64,000 nucleotides of DNA, taken from positions 192,001-256,000 of the forward strand of contig JAPLVR010000003.1 of NCBI GenBank assembly GCA_026397015.1, in the 5' to 3' direction. A model generated the notes under the pieces. That model had not been told where the DNA came from. It did no database searches and saw nothing but the letters and a program-made list of their open reading frames with translations. Of this stretch, positions 8,557-17,849 are shown in pieces. Position 1 is the stretch's first letter. Every line of letters begins with the position of its first letter. Made by a program: the position numbers and the translations under genes. This DNA is from Candidatus Iainarchaeum sp. (lineage in GTDB: Archaea > Iainarchaeota > Iainarchaeia > Iainarchaeales > JAAZKV01).

Positions 8557-8913
8557 TTGAGTCTTATAAAGCTGACTTTCGGCGGAAGGAATCCAAGCGC
8601 GGCTGACGCAATAGGCAAAGGAAAATTGAAGGTTGTTAAAACCGACAAATTTTACGGAACAGAAGCCGTTTGCGTAATAGGAACACTCGTTGAAGGGGCT
8701 CTTTCTGTAAACATGTGCATTCCGGAAAAGAATGCAAAAATACAGAGCCTGGAATCGAACTATGGCGATGATTACTGCGTAAAAGAAGGTGCAAAGGTAA
8801 CACTCATGGTTTTGGGGATAAATAAGAGCGACTTTAACACGGGGGATGACATACAGTTCCAAAAGCTTGCGGTGATTGCCGGCAAACCGAAGGGAAGATT
8901 GATAATCGCATAA
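8557..8913 (+). CDS. Stand-alone EF-Tu domain II-like beta-barrel protein
   Basis: VIGTLVEG..AKIQSLE..KEGAKVTL..FNTGDDI pattern; TTG start after GGTGA RBS. Confidence 0.55.
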   Translation: MSLIKLTFGGRNPSAADAIGKGKLKVVKTDKFYGTEAVCVIGTLVEGALSVNMCIPEKNAKIQSLESNYGDDYCVKEGAKVTLMVLGINKSDFNTGDDIQFQKLAVIAGKPKGRLIIA

Positions 8914-8994
8914 ATTTTACGGATGGTGAGCAGCCCGGCCTGCCCCCGGCGGCAGGCGGGTTTAAATCCTTAATTGGACTAATTTTATTTCAGT

Positions 8995-9555
8995 ATGGCA
9001 AATCTTTTCAATCCACAAAATATCCAAGATAAACTGAAAAATCCAATGAAAAAATTGTTCTCATCGCAGGCGTCGGTTGAAACAAAACAAATAATGCTTT
9101 ATGCAACCGGTCTAATCATTATCCCGCTTTTATCCAACAATCAATTGATAACGGGCGCATTTGTAAACACAATATTGATACTTGCCGCGCTGAACTATTC
9201 CCTCAAAAAAACTTTTTTCCTCTCATTCATCCCGAGCACGACAATTTTTTTAACAGGGTTTTTCTTCGGCGGCGTAACAGCCGCAATCGCGTTGATGCTC
9301 CCTTTCATTTGGGCGGGAAACTTTTTGTTGATGCTTGCAACAAAAAAACTTTTCATTGAAAAGAAAAAAAATTATTTCATTTCTGCTACCGGGGGGGCAC
9401 TGGCAAAAACCGCTTTGCTTTTTTGTTCTGCAACAATGCTCGCTTCATTCTCGCTTATCCCAATCGTATTCGTTTCGACGTTTGGAATAATGCAGCTGGC
9501 AACAGCCGAAAGCGGCGCAATGATTGCTTTTATTTTAAAAAAAGCAAAAAGATAA
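8995..9555 (+). CDS. Membrane protein, ECF S-component-like
   Basis: About 5-6 TM segments; NQLITGAFVN, PFIWAGN and QLATA motifs. Confidence 0.6.
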   Translation: MANLFNPQNIQDKLKNPMKKLFSSQASVETKQIMLYATGLIIIPLLSNNQLITGAFVNTILILAALNYSLKKTFFLSFIPSTTIFLTGFFFGGVTAAIALMLPFIWAGNFLLMLATKKLFIEKKKNYFISATGGALAKTALLFCSATMLASFSLIPIVFVSTFGIMQLATAESGAMIAFILKKAKR

Positions 9556-9580
9556 AAACAGGCATATTCACTTTCATAGT

Positions 9581-10318
9581 ATGTTAATTGAACTTTTCCT
9601 GTCTCTTCTGGCAATTTCCCTCGTCTCGCTGATAGGCTTATTTTCATTTGCGGTAAACTCAAAAAAAATCGGGAAATTGCTCGGAGAAATGGTTGCGTTT
9701 GCGGTAGGCGCTCTTCTCGGGGACGTTTTCATCCATCTCCTTCCGGAACTTGGAAAAAACGGGTTTTCACTTGAAATTTCAATAACGATTCTTGCTGGAA
9801 TGGTTTCATTCTTCGTGCTGGAAAAATTCATCCACTGGCACCACTGCCACCACGTCGAGCATGGAAAAGCCTGCCAGAGATTCACATACATGAGCATTTA
9901 TGGCGACGCGCTGCACAATTTCATTGACGGGATAATACTTGCAGGCGCTTTTATTTCGGGAAACGTAATCGGCTTTTCAACCGCAATCGCGGTTTTTCTG
10001 CATGAAGTGCCGCAGGAAATCGGGGATTTTGGAATTCTGCTGAAAGGCGGCTTCACAAAGAAAAGAGCATTGTTTTATAATTTCGTGACGGCGCTTACGA
10101 CATTCGTGGGAGCGGGATTTGCTTTATATTTCAGCACGCTAATGGAAGGAATTGCCCCTTTTTTTATCGCTTTTGCCGCTGGAAGCTTTTTGTACATCGC
10201 CGGAACGGATTTGCTGCCGGAACTGCACAAAGAATTCTCACCAAAAAAAATATTTTCACAGATATTTTTTATCATTCTTGGCATAGGAGTAATGGGCGCG
10301 CTCTTACTGATAGGGTAG
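9581..10318 (+). CDS. ZIP-family metal transporter
   Basis: HLLPE, His-rich loop HWHHCHH, HNFIDG, HEVPQEIGDF. Confidence 0.93.
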   Translation: MLIELFLSLLAISLVSLIGLFSFAVNSKKIGKLLGEMVAFAVGALLGDVFIHLLPELGKNGFSLEISITILAGMVSFFVLEKFIHWHHCHHVEHGKACQRFTYMSIYGDALHNFIDGIILAGAFISGNVIGFSTAIAVFLHEVPQEIGDFGILLKGGFTKKRALFYNFVTALTTFVGAGFALYFSTLMEGIAPFFIAFAAGSFLYIAGTDLLPELHKEFSPKKIFSQIFFIILGIGVMGALLLIG

Positions 10319-10379
10319 ATAACAAGTCTGCAAATCTTCGAAGCGGAAGTAATTTAACCAAGAAAAGAGGAATTACTTA

Positions 10380-11081
10380 ATGAAAAAAATATTCAGAACA
10401 CCTTTTTTCAATGGAAGGAAAAAAAGAATTGAAAGAGCAGTAGAAAGGGCAAGGGCATTGCGGGCGAGAAAACGCGTTCCATGGAAAAGAGGAATATCCG
10501 AATTACACGAGATGAACGAATCGCACGCGAGAGAACTTATTGCAAGAAAAATAGTTCTTCCTGCGGCAAGAAAAGCGCTTGGAAGGCATCTAAAAGCGGT
10601 CCTGATTTTCGGGAGCGCACAGCAGGGAGTAAGGGAATCAGTGCTTGGCCACAGGAAATATTTGAATGAACGCCCCGCACTTGCCATCCCGAAAAAAAGC
10701 GATCTTGATATATTACTGATAAGCACAAAAGCACCTGACAGAGAATCTTACCAGACAATGGCAGGGCTTTCAAGCATGGTGCCAATTGACCTTGAAAATA
10801 CTTTGGGCGGGCAAATGGGTGCCGGCGGTTTCATTAGAAGAAAAACAAAAAAAATCGAAAAAACTGTTTCAGACCTGAAAATACTTAATCTGGGATTTTA
10901 TGTGCATTTCGAAATAGTGCACCCTGATGTTTTTGCGAACGAAATGCGCAACATTTTTTCTCCATTTCAAGTGATAAGCGGGAAGAAATATGTTCAGCAA
11001 ATACTTGAAGAAAAATTTTTCGAAAGGCTGCCGAGAATGAAAAAAGAACTCAAAAAAGATTATCCTTTGAAGTATTCATGA
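10380..11081 (+). CDS. Nucleotidyltransferase-fold protein with basic N-terminal extension
   Basis: VLIFGSAQQG...SDLDILLI (Pol-beta NTase GS/DxD motif). Confidence 0.6.
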   Translation: MKKIFRTPFFNGRKKRIERAVERARALRARKRVPWKRGISELHEMNESHARELIARKIVLPAARKALGRHLKAVLIFGSAQQGVRESVLGHRKYLNERPALAIPKKSDLDILLISTKAPDRESYQTMAGLSSMVPIDLENTLGGQMGAGGFIRRKTKKIEKTVSDLKILNLGFYVHFEIVHPDVFANEMRNIFSPFQVISGKKYVQQILEEKFFERLPRMKKELKKDYPLKYS

Positions 11082-11092
11082 TTAAACTTTTG

Positions 11093-11686
11093 TTAAAGCG
11101 CGGGCGAAGTAACTTTCTCAAGCGCTTCCTTCAACATTGCTTTTGCGCCGCCGTAGTTGTGCCCGGGCCAAATTATTATCTCAGGATTTTTTTTTGAGAA
11201 CGCTGAAAGCTTTTCCAGCGAAGCGCGCATTTCATTTTCATCGCCGCCGAAATCGGCTCTTCCCGTGCCGTCGGCAAACAGCACATCGCCGGTAAATAAA
11301 TTATTTTTAATCAAAAAACAAACGCTGTCGGAAGTGTGGCCGGGAAGGAAAAGCGTTTCAATTCTGAAACCCGCGACTTCAATTTCCGGGCACTTTTTTA
11401 AATCTTCAAAACTTTTCAAAAGGATTCCTTTCTCAATAAAGCAATTCACGTTTCCGGCATGGTCGAAGTGGGAATGGGTTACTAATTGAAAAATAACTTT
11501 TGCGTCATTTTTCCTTATTGCTTTTTCTATTTCTTCAATTGAGCCGGTCGCATCAATCAAAACCGCTCCGCCATTTTTTCCGATTACAAGATAAGAAAAA
11601 TTGTTGTCGAAGCCGCGGACATTTACCTGAATTATTTTTACTTTTTCCGGTTTTGGAGATTTTTTTAGGCTTTTGGAGGAAACCAT
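11093..11686 (-). CDS. Metallo-beta-lactamase fold hydrolase (glyoxalase II-like)
   Basis: THSHFDH, PGHT, FTGD, PGH motifs; start reset to avoid overlap with divergent gene. Confidence 0.9.
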   Translation of the reverse strand: MVSSKSLKKSPKPEKVKIIQVNVRGFDNNFSYLVIGKNGGAVLIDATGSIEEIEKAIRKNDAKVIFQLVTHSHFDHAGNVNCFIEKGILLKSFEDLKKCPEIEVAGFRIETLFLPGHTSDSVCFLIKNNLFTGDVLFADGTGRADFGGDENEMRASLEKLSAFSKKNPEIIIWPGHNYGGAKAMLKEALEKVTSPAL

Positions 11687-11721
11687 AATGGTTTTTATAC
11701 TGCGGAAACATCTATAATGGT

Positions 11722-12147
11722 ATGGCGGAAAGGAAACCCAGCATAGTAAGATTAGTGCTGACAATCATTGTTGCGGCAATAGTTTTCTTTGTCGTTTCGA
11801 TGGCGTTCAGCTTCCTGACAAAAATGTTCTTTCCTTATGACATGGCAGCGATTGCAGGGTCCAGGTTGGTAACGGACCCGCTAATGATGGCATTCTTCCT
11901 ACATCCACTAATATATATGGTCGGAGTAGTCATACTGTATCCTCTGCTCAATCTGAAGTGGAGCACCGTTGAGAAGGGAACCGCTTACGGTTTTATTTTG
12001 TGGCTGATGATTTCGCTTCCCGAAGCGTACGTAATATTTACAAGCATGAGTGATTACCCGACAGGATTTTACATAGACAAGCTTTTGTTCGGGCTGGTTG
12101 CATGGATTGCAACCGGAGTAACGATTGCATACCTGTTGAGAGAGTAA
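11722..12147 (+). CDS. 4-TM membrane protein of unknown function
   Basis: Four hydrophobic helices; KGTAYGFILWL. Confidence 0.75.
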   Translation: MAERKPSIVRLVLTIIVAAIVFFVVSMAFSFLTKMFFPYDMAAIAGSRLVTDPLMMAFFLHPLIYMVGVVILYPLLNLKWSTVEKGTAYGFILWLMISLPEAYVIFTSMSDYPTGFYIDKLLFGLVAWIATGVTIAYLLRE

Positions 12148-12251
12148 ACTGTTGAAAGAATATTTGTCCAACCGCTATTTGCTACGACGCGAGAACTCAA
12201 AAATACATTTAACTACTTAACTTTTCACAAAAATTTAAAGCAGCGAAAAGA

Positions 12252-12320
12252 CCTTTCATAAAAAAGGCTGTGCCGAACGAAGTGAGGCGTTTTTCGCCAG
12301 CCTTTTTCTCAAAAAGGCTG
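12252..12320 (+). repeat. REP-like cluster (partial copy, GCCGAACGAAGTGAGGC spacer hairpin, full copy 12291-12320)
   Basis: TTTTCGC-CAGCCTTTTT-CTC-AAAAAGGCTG; the last G is tRNA position 1. Confidence 0.8.
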
Positions 12321-12391
12321 CCCCGATAGTCTATTGGTTAGGATTCACCCCTGTCACGGGTGAGAGCCGGGTCCGAATCCCGGTCGGGGCG
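12320..12391 (+). tRNA. tRNA-Asp(GTC), no encoded CCA
   Basis: Acceptor GCCCCGA/TCGGGGC plus G discriminator; anticodon arm CACCC-CTGTCAC-GGGTG; T arm CCGGG-TCCGAAT-CCCGG. Confidence 0.95.
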
Positions 12392-12504
12392 TTTTGGGCG
12401 AAAGGCCTATCTATTAACAGTGTATATTTTAACAATAAAAAAAAGAAAAAGCAAAACCTTTAAATACAACCTCGATACACAAAATAATATTGGTTGCGAT
12501 TTCG

Positions 12505-15500
12505 ATGCGAAGACAAGTTTTGTTCTTATTTATGATTCTTCTTTCGGCGACTGTTTTTGCGGACTACTGTGTTAACAGGACTGGACCCGGTTATCTTGTG
12601 GGTTGCGGTGTGCTAGGAGTACAAAGCGGGTTTTCAACCTGCATTTATAACACCGACGCCGCCATGACTAAAATTAAGACTGTATTGAATTATACTGGAC
12701 CGAACTGCGGAGTAAGAGTTACTTGTTACAATATTGGCAGTGGCGCTAGTGCTGGTCTGCAAGTTTGTGCGGGATATGATACTGGTTGTTATGCGCCAGG
12801 CGCAGGGTCGTGCGTTTGCAGCCCGAATAGCCAATTTGCCCCTGAAACATGTTCAAATGGTTTTACCTATAAAACTTGTAACGGTAATGGTGACGGTTAT
12901 TCACAGGCGAACTGCCAGCGGATTGGCGGTAACTGCAGCGGTGGAGACATATTTTATACATCCAGGCTTAACACATCCTGCCCCCCAATAAACGGGCAAT
13001 GTGTTCAAGACGTTTATGGCGCCCTAAATGGCCTGGGATACTGGGAACAATCCTCAGGGGCAAGGGCTTACTGCGATACTGTGAATTATCATGGCCTTCA
13101 GGTGGCACAGGCATGCGTTAAAACAGATGGTTCATGTATCCCAAAGGTCTGTACAGCGAATGCGTATGAGACGAGGGTGTGCACCAACAACAAGGGATTC
13201 CAATGGAGACAATGCAACGGATCTGGAACAGGATACAACGCCGACTGGTCAGCCTGCATAACCATCCCGGGAGGAAACTGCACCACAACAACCGGCGACC
13301 AATTCTACACACTAAGAGCAAACACCACCTGCACCCAATCAGGACTAGCAGACGGATCATCATGCAGCCAAAACTACACTAACCAATTAAACTCACTAGG
13401 ATACAGCGGACCATACACAGGAACAAGAGTGTATTGTGAAAGCGGGTCATATGCAGGTTTTACAGCGGGAGAGGTGTGCGTAAAAACAGATGCAGCCTGC
13501 AACCCACCAATCTGCACAGCAAACGCATACGAAGCAAAAGTATGCGCCAACAACAAAGGATTCCAATACAGAAAATGCAACGCAAACGGAACAGGATACG
13601 AACCAGACTGGCAACCATGCACAGCACTGCCTGGAGGGGATTGTAAAACAATAACCGGGGATTTATTTTATACATCAAGACTGGAAGGCAAAAACTGCTC
13701 CCAATACGGGTTCGCAGGACAGACTGGATACTCGGCATGCGTACAAAGCATTAACAGAAGTGTTTTGGACGCAGTAGGATATACGGGACCATACATCGGA
13801 GCAAGAGCATACTGCGACGATGAAACATACCAAGGCGCAACTGCAGCAGAAGCATGCGTAAAAACAGATTCTTCTTGCGGAGCACCGTGCACAGTGGGGC
13901 AAATAGAAGCACAAACCTGTGACAATGACAATGGATACAAGTACAGAACATGCAACTCAACAGGAACGGCATGGAACGACTGGACCACATGCGCACCGCT
14001 ACCAGGAACAAACTGCGGAGCAGGAACAACCAAAATATTCTACAAAGCATTCCTCAACAAAACATGTGCGGAAGTCGCCCAGGGAAGAACAAATGTCTGT
14101 ATACAAGACGTATTCCAAATAGCGTGGAATAATGGGTACAGGGGCCTGGCAACGGGGGCAAAGGTATATTGTGATGATTACAGGACATCAAGCTTATACG
14201 GGGCAGGATTCTGCGTAAAGGTGGCTACGGAATGCGACCAGTCAGTCTGCACACCCGGAAAATACGAGGCAAGGGAATGCATAAACAAGAGGGCGGATAC
14301 CAAAATGCCAAGCGGATATCAATACAGGCAATGCAACACAACAGGGCAAGCATGGGGCGACTGGTCAACATGCGCACCAATACCGGGAATAAACTGCGGA
14401 ACCGGAATCACAAAAATATTCTACTACCCGAAACTCAACGTTACGTGTGCAGGGGTCGGGATACCGACAAGCGGACTATGCATACAAACAGTACTCCAAC
14501 AAGCAAAAGCACTCGGATACACCGGACCAGAAACAGGCGCAAGAGCATATTGTGATAATTACAGAACCGAAGATATATTCGGTGCGGGAGCATGCGTAAG
14601 AACGGACACAGGCTGCAATACCGGCTGCATATGCACCGACCAATACGACCCTGTTTGCGGAACAGACGGAAAAACTTATCCTAATGAATGCGCCGCGAGA
14701 TGCGCGAAAATAGCGGTCGCGTATGAAGGCGAATGCAAAGAAAACTGCGCAAAGGAAGGGGAAGGAATCTGCAACACATGCACACCGGGAAGCGGACCAA
14801 CGGAATGCTGCACCGGGCTGACAAAAATAACGCCCGCAAGTAAGCTAAATGATGATTGCACTTTGAAAAATATAGTCGGCGGACAATCATCAGTCTGCAC
14901 CCATTGTGGAGACGACATTTGCGGAACCGGAGAAAACAAATGCAACTGTCCACAGGATTGCAATCCCATTAAATGCGAAACAAGTAAAGATTGTTTAAGG
15001 GGTTGCATAGGGCCGAAAGCGACTTACGGTTCCTGCACGAACGGGCAATGTGTATATACTAGATGTGAAACGGATGGCAGTGGCATTGACAGATGTGCTG
15101 CAGACACCGCACCGCCAACGTGCGACAAAAGATGCGACGCGGACTGCGAAACCAACGCGGACTGCATGGTTACTTGCGCCCAAAATTTATGCGCGATTGG
15201 CGAAACCAATTGTGCAGAATGCCCTGAATACACCTGCAACAGAGAATCCTGCGAGTGTGAGCCGGTAGTAGTACCTGTACCGCGGTTTAATTTGACAGTG
15301 CATACTGGCTGGAATATTTTCTCGATACCCGGAGCATTGAGCCTACTGAGCAATAATTGCGATTCAAGCAGATTTAGAATTTACGAATACACCCCCTCTT
15401 CAATACCTTGGTTTGTTCCTGTAAGCAACGTTGAAATAGGAAAGGCATATTTACTATATTACCCTCTGGCAGATTGTTCGGTGAGAGGAACCATAACAGA

Positions 15501-15780
15501 GGCAATCAGTTCAAGCGAATTGCCGGCTGTCAGAACAGGCTGGAATTTCATACCTGTTCTTGTTGATATGATTGGAATGAAGGTGAGCGATCTTGTACCT
15601 GATTGTGGAGCCGTTAGGGCGTACTTCTACGATGCCGAAGCAGTTGGATTCGTTGACATAACTAATACTATTTTAACTTCAAGTGATTTAGGCCAAGGAT
15701 TCGGATTGTTTGCAATGAATGGCTGCACGGTTACAACACCATCGGAACCTGGCTTCCCTGCATTACCGGAGGCTGACTAA
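12505..15780 (+). CDS. Secreted Cys-rich repeat protein with Kazal domain
   Basis: Signal peptide; about five ~120-aa repeats (Y.G...GARAYC...CVKTD..C); CTDQYDPVCGTDGKTYPNEC Kazal; C-terminal GWN..S.P repeats. Confidence 0.85.
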   Translation: MRRQVLFLFMILLSATVFADYCVNRTGPGYLVGCGVLGVQSGFSTCIYNTDAAMTKIKTVLNYTGPNCGVRVTCYNIGSGASAGLQVCAGYDTGCYAPGAGSCVCSPNSQFAPETCSNGFTYKTCNGNGDGYSQANCQRIGGNCSGGDIFYTSRLNTSCPPINGQCVQDVYGALNGLGYWEQSSGARAYCDTVNYHGLQVAQACVKTDGSCIPKVCTANAYETRVCTNNKGFQWRQCNGSGTGYNADWSACITIPGGNCTTTTGDQFYTLRANTTCTQSGLADGSSCSQNYTNQLNSLGYSGPYTGTRVYCESGSYAGFTAGEVCVKTDAACNPPICTANAYEAKVCANNKGFQYRKCNANGTGYEPDWQPCTALPGGDCKTITGDLFYTSRLEGKNCSQYGFAGQTGYSACVQSINRSVLDAVGYTGPYIGARAYCDDETYQGATAAEACVKTDSSCGAPCTVGQIEAQTCDNDNGYKYRTCNSTGTAWNDWTTCAPLPGTNCGAGTTKIFYKAFLNKTCAEVAQGRTNVCIQDVFQIAWNNGYRGLATGAKVYCDDYRTSSLYGAGFCVKVATECDQSVCTPGKYEARECINKRADTKMPSGYQYRQCNTTGQAWGDWSTCAPIPGINCGTGITKIFYYPKLNVTCAGVGIPTSGLCIQTVLQQAKALGYTGPETGARAYCDNYRTEDIFGAGACVRTDTGCNTGCICTDQYDPVCGTDGKTYPNECAARCAKIAVAYEGECKENCAKEGEGICNTCTPGSGPTECCTGLTKITPASKLNDDCTLKNIVGGQSSVCTHCGDDICGTGENKCNCPQDCNPIKCETSKDCLRGCIGPKATYGSCTNGQCVYTRCETDGSGIDRCAADTAPPTCDKRCDADCETNADCMVTCAQNLCAIGETNCAECPEYTCNRESCECEPVVVPVPRFNLTVHTGWNIFSIPGALSLLSNNCDSSRFRIYEYTPSSIPWFVPVSNVEIGKAYLLYYPLADCSVRGTITEAISSSELPAVRTGWNFIPVLVDMIGMKVSDLVPDCGAVRAYFYDAEAVGFVDITNTILTSSDLGQGFGLFAMNGCTVTTPSEPGFPALPEAD

Positions 15781-15783
15781 AGC

Positions 15784-16005
15784 ATGGAAAAAAAATTTGT
15801 TTTAGTTATACTTATTTTGGCAATAGTTGTTTCAATGCTGCTGCTTGGCTGCACATATGAGGCGTCAGTTTGCGGCGACAGAATGTGCAACGGGCGGGAA
15901 ACAGCCAGCACATGCCCTAATGATTGCGGAAGCAACGCTGCATCGCCACCTGCACTGCCTGCCAACGGAGACAGCGGAGTAGAGCCAACAATGCCTTGGC
16001 AATAA
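15784..16005 (+). CDS. Small lipoprotein with CGD..C...E....CP.DC motif
   Basis: LLGC lipobox; starts 4 nt after upstream stop. Confidence 0.75.
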   Translation: MEKKFVLVILILAIVVSMLLLGCTYEASVCGDRMCNGRETASTCPNDCGSNAASPPALPANGDSGVEPTMPWQ

Positions 16006-16100
16006 AATATTCTAATATAAAATTAGAGTTCATCGTGGGCAAATCGAAAAATTAATTATTAAAAAAAGCAATTTATACATAACCCTGATTATTTTAAAAA

Positions 16101-17615
16101 TCATTTTTTTGCCAGCGCCTTGTTGATTCCTTTTATCAGCGCCTGCGCACTAGCCATAACGATGTCCTCGTTAATGGCTTCCGCCTCATAAATTTTTCCG
16201 CTGCCGTTTGAAACTTTTACAACAACATCTGCCAACGCATCCGTGCCGCCTGTAATCGCCTTCAAATAGTAGTCCTTCAGGAAAATCTGCTGGGGGATGA
16301 CTGATTTTATCGCATTGCTTACCGCATCAACCGGACCCAGCCCGTAACCAACCGCCTCAACACTCTTGCCGTCAATCACGAGTTTTATTTTCGCCTTCGG
16401 CCTTGTTTTGTTTCCGGTTTCAATAAACAGTTCGTCAAGAACTACACGCTGCTCTTCTTTCTTCAGTTCCTTCGTAACATCACCCGCAATCGCCACGATA
16501 TCCTCTTCAAGGACAATTTTCTGCTTGTCGGCAAGGTCCTTTATTTTTTTGGTCACTTGGGCAAGCTGCCCCTCGCTTAAAATGAAGCCCATTTCCTCAA
16601 GGACTTTTTTCGCCGCGTGCTTTCCGCTGTGCTTACCCAAAACAAGTTTTGTTTTTTTGCCGATAATTTTTGGATTAATTATTTCGTAAGTTTCTGAGTT
16701 GGCAAGGATGCCGTGCTGATGGATGCCCGATTCGTGGGAGAAGGCGTTTTCGCCGACTATGGCCTTGTTGCGCTGAACGGAAATTCCAGAAAGGCTGCTT
16801 ACCATCTGCGAAGTTGCATAAATTTCTTTCAAATTGATATTTGTTTCTGCTTTGAAAAAATTTTTGCGCGCATAAAGGTTCATTGCGACCTCTTCAAGCG
16901 CGGCATTGCCTGCGCGCTCCCCCAAACCGTTAATTGTGCACTCTACCTGCGAAGCGCCGTTCGCTACGCCGGCAAGGCTGTTTGCAACCGCAAGACCCAA
17001 ATCGTTGTGGCAATGGGTGCTTATTGCAATTCCTTCAATATTCGGCACTTCTTCCCTAATTTTTTTCACCAAGACGCCGTACTCTGCAGGCTGGGAATAG
17101 CCGACCGTATCTGCAACATTTATGGTGGAGGCGCCGGCTTCAATCGTTTTCTCGATAACCCCGAGCAAAAAAGGCACATCGGAACGGGTTGCGTCCATCG
17201 GAGAAAATTCTATGTCGTTACAGAGGTCGGAAGCGAATTTTACCGCCTCAACGGACATTTTTAGGGCATCCGCACGCGAAATTTTGAACTGCTCTTTCAA
17301 GTGGATATCCGAAGTGGACATAAATGTGTGAATGCGGGGCTTTTTCGCGCTTTGAAGCGCTTTCCACGCAACTTTTATGTCATTTTCGCGGGCGCGGGCA
17401 AGGGCGGCAATCTTGGACTTCTTAATTATCGAAGAAATTTCTGAAACAGCTTTGAAGTCTTCGTCGCTCGAAACAGGGAAGCCTGCTTCAATAATATCCA
17501 CTCCGAGTTTTTCCAGTTGCTTCGCTATGATAATTTTTTCGCGATGATTTATGGTTGCGCCGGGGCTCTGCTCGCCATCCCTTAATGTCGTGTCAAAAAT
17601 TTTTATTTTCCTCAC
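16101..17615 (-). CDS. leuA: 2-isopropylmalate synthase (LeuA/CimA family) with C-terminal regulatory domain
   Basis: [42 protein letters not shown]. Confidence 0.9.
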   Translation of the reverse strand: MRKIKIFDTTLRDGEQSPGATINHREKIIIAKQLEKLGVDIIEAGFPVSSDEDFKAVSEISSIIKKSKIAALARARENDIKVAWKALQSAKKPRIHTFMSTSDIHLKEQFKISRADALKMSVEAVKFASDLCNDIEFSPMDATRSDVPFLLGVIEKTIEAGASTINVADTVGYSQPAEYGVLVKKIREEVPNIEGIAISTHCHNDLGLAVANSLAGVANGASQVECTINGLGERAGNAALEEVAMNLYARKNFFKAETNINLKEIYATSQMVSSLSGISVQRNKAIVGENAFSHESGIHQHGILANSETYEIINPKIIGKKTKLVLGKHSGKHAAKKVLEEMGFILSEGQLAQVTKKIKDLADKQKIVLEEDIVAIAGDVTKELKKEEQRVVLDELFIETGNKTRPKAKIKLVIDGKSVEAVGYGLGPVDAVSNAIKSVIPQQIFLKDYYLKAITGGTDALADVVVKVSNGSGKIYEAEAINEDIVMASAQALIKGINKALAKK

Positions 17616-17709
17616 TTTATTTCCCCCACAAATTTTCCCCTATTATTTTTTCCGCATTATTTTCCCTTATTATTTCCCTCATAACCATCACACATATTTA
17701 ATATAAAAA

Positions 17710-17746
17710 CAATGAAACAGCGCCTCCCAAAAAGTAGTGGAAAGCG
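17710..17746 (-). terminator. Terminator/attenuator-like hairpin after the Leu leader peptide
   Basis: Minus strand CGCTTTCCA-CTACTTTT-TGGGAGGCG (9 bp with G-U pairs) followed by CTGTTTCATTGTTTTT. Confidence 0.55.
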
Positions 17747-17747
17747 G

Positions 17748-17849
17748 TTAACCCAGAAGCAAGAGCAAGTAAGCGAGAACTGTTCCGAGAACGAAGAGGC
17801 CTACAGCAGATGAAAAATCGCCTAAAAAACTTATTCCTGTTTGCCTCAT
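17748..17849 (-). CDS. Putative leu leader peptide, 33 aa (not in ORF track)
   Basis: MRQTGISFLGDFSSAVGLFVLGTVLAYLLLLLG*; TTG CTC TTG CTT CTG run; lies between a TTTTAAAA box (~17884-17891) and leuA. Confidence 0.7.
   Translation of the reverse strand: MRQTGISFLGDFSSAVGLFVLGTVLAYLLLLLG

Noticed and set aside
8933-8960. GC-rich hairpin CCTGCC-CCCGGC-GGCAGG as a repeat family
   Set aside because: Only one copy seen; cannot be distinguished from an ordinary terminator-like stem.
13140-13640. Diversity-generating retroelement TR/VR pair
   Set aside because: Both copies are in-frame coding repeats, differences include C/T changes and are largely synonymous, and no reverse transcriptase is present.
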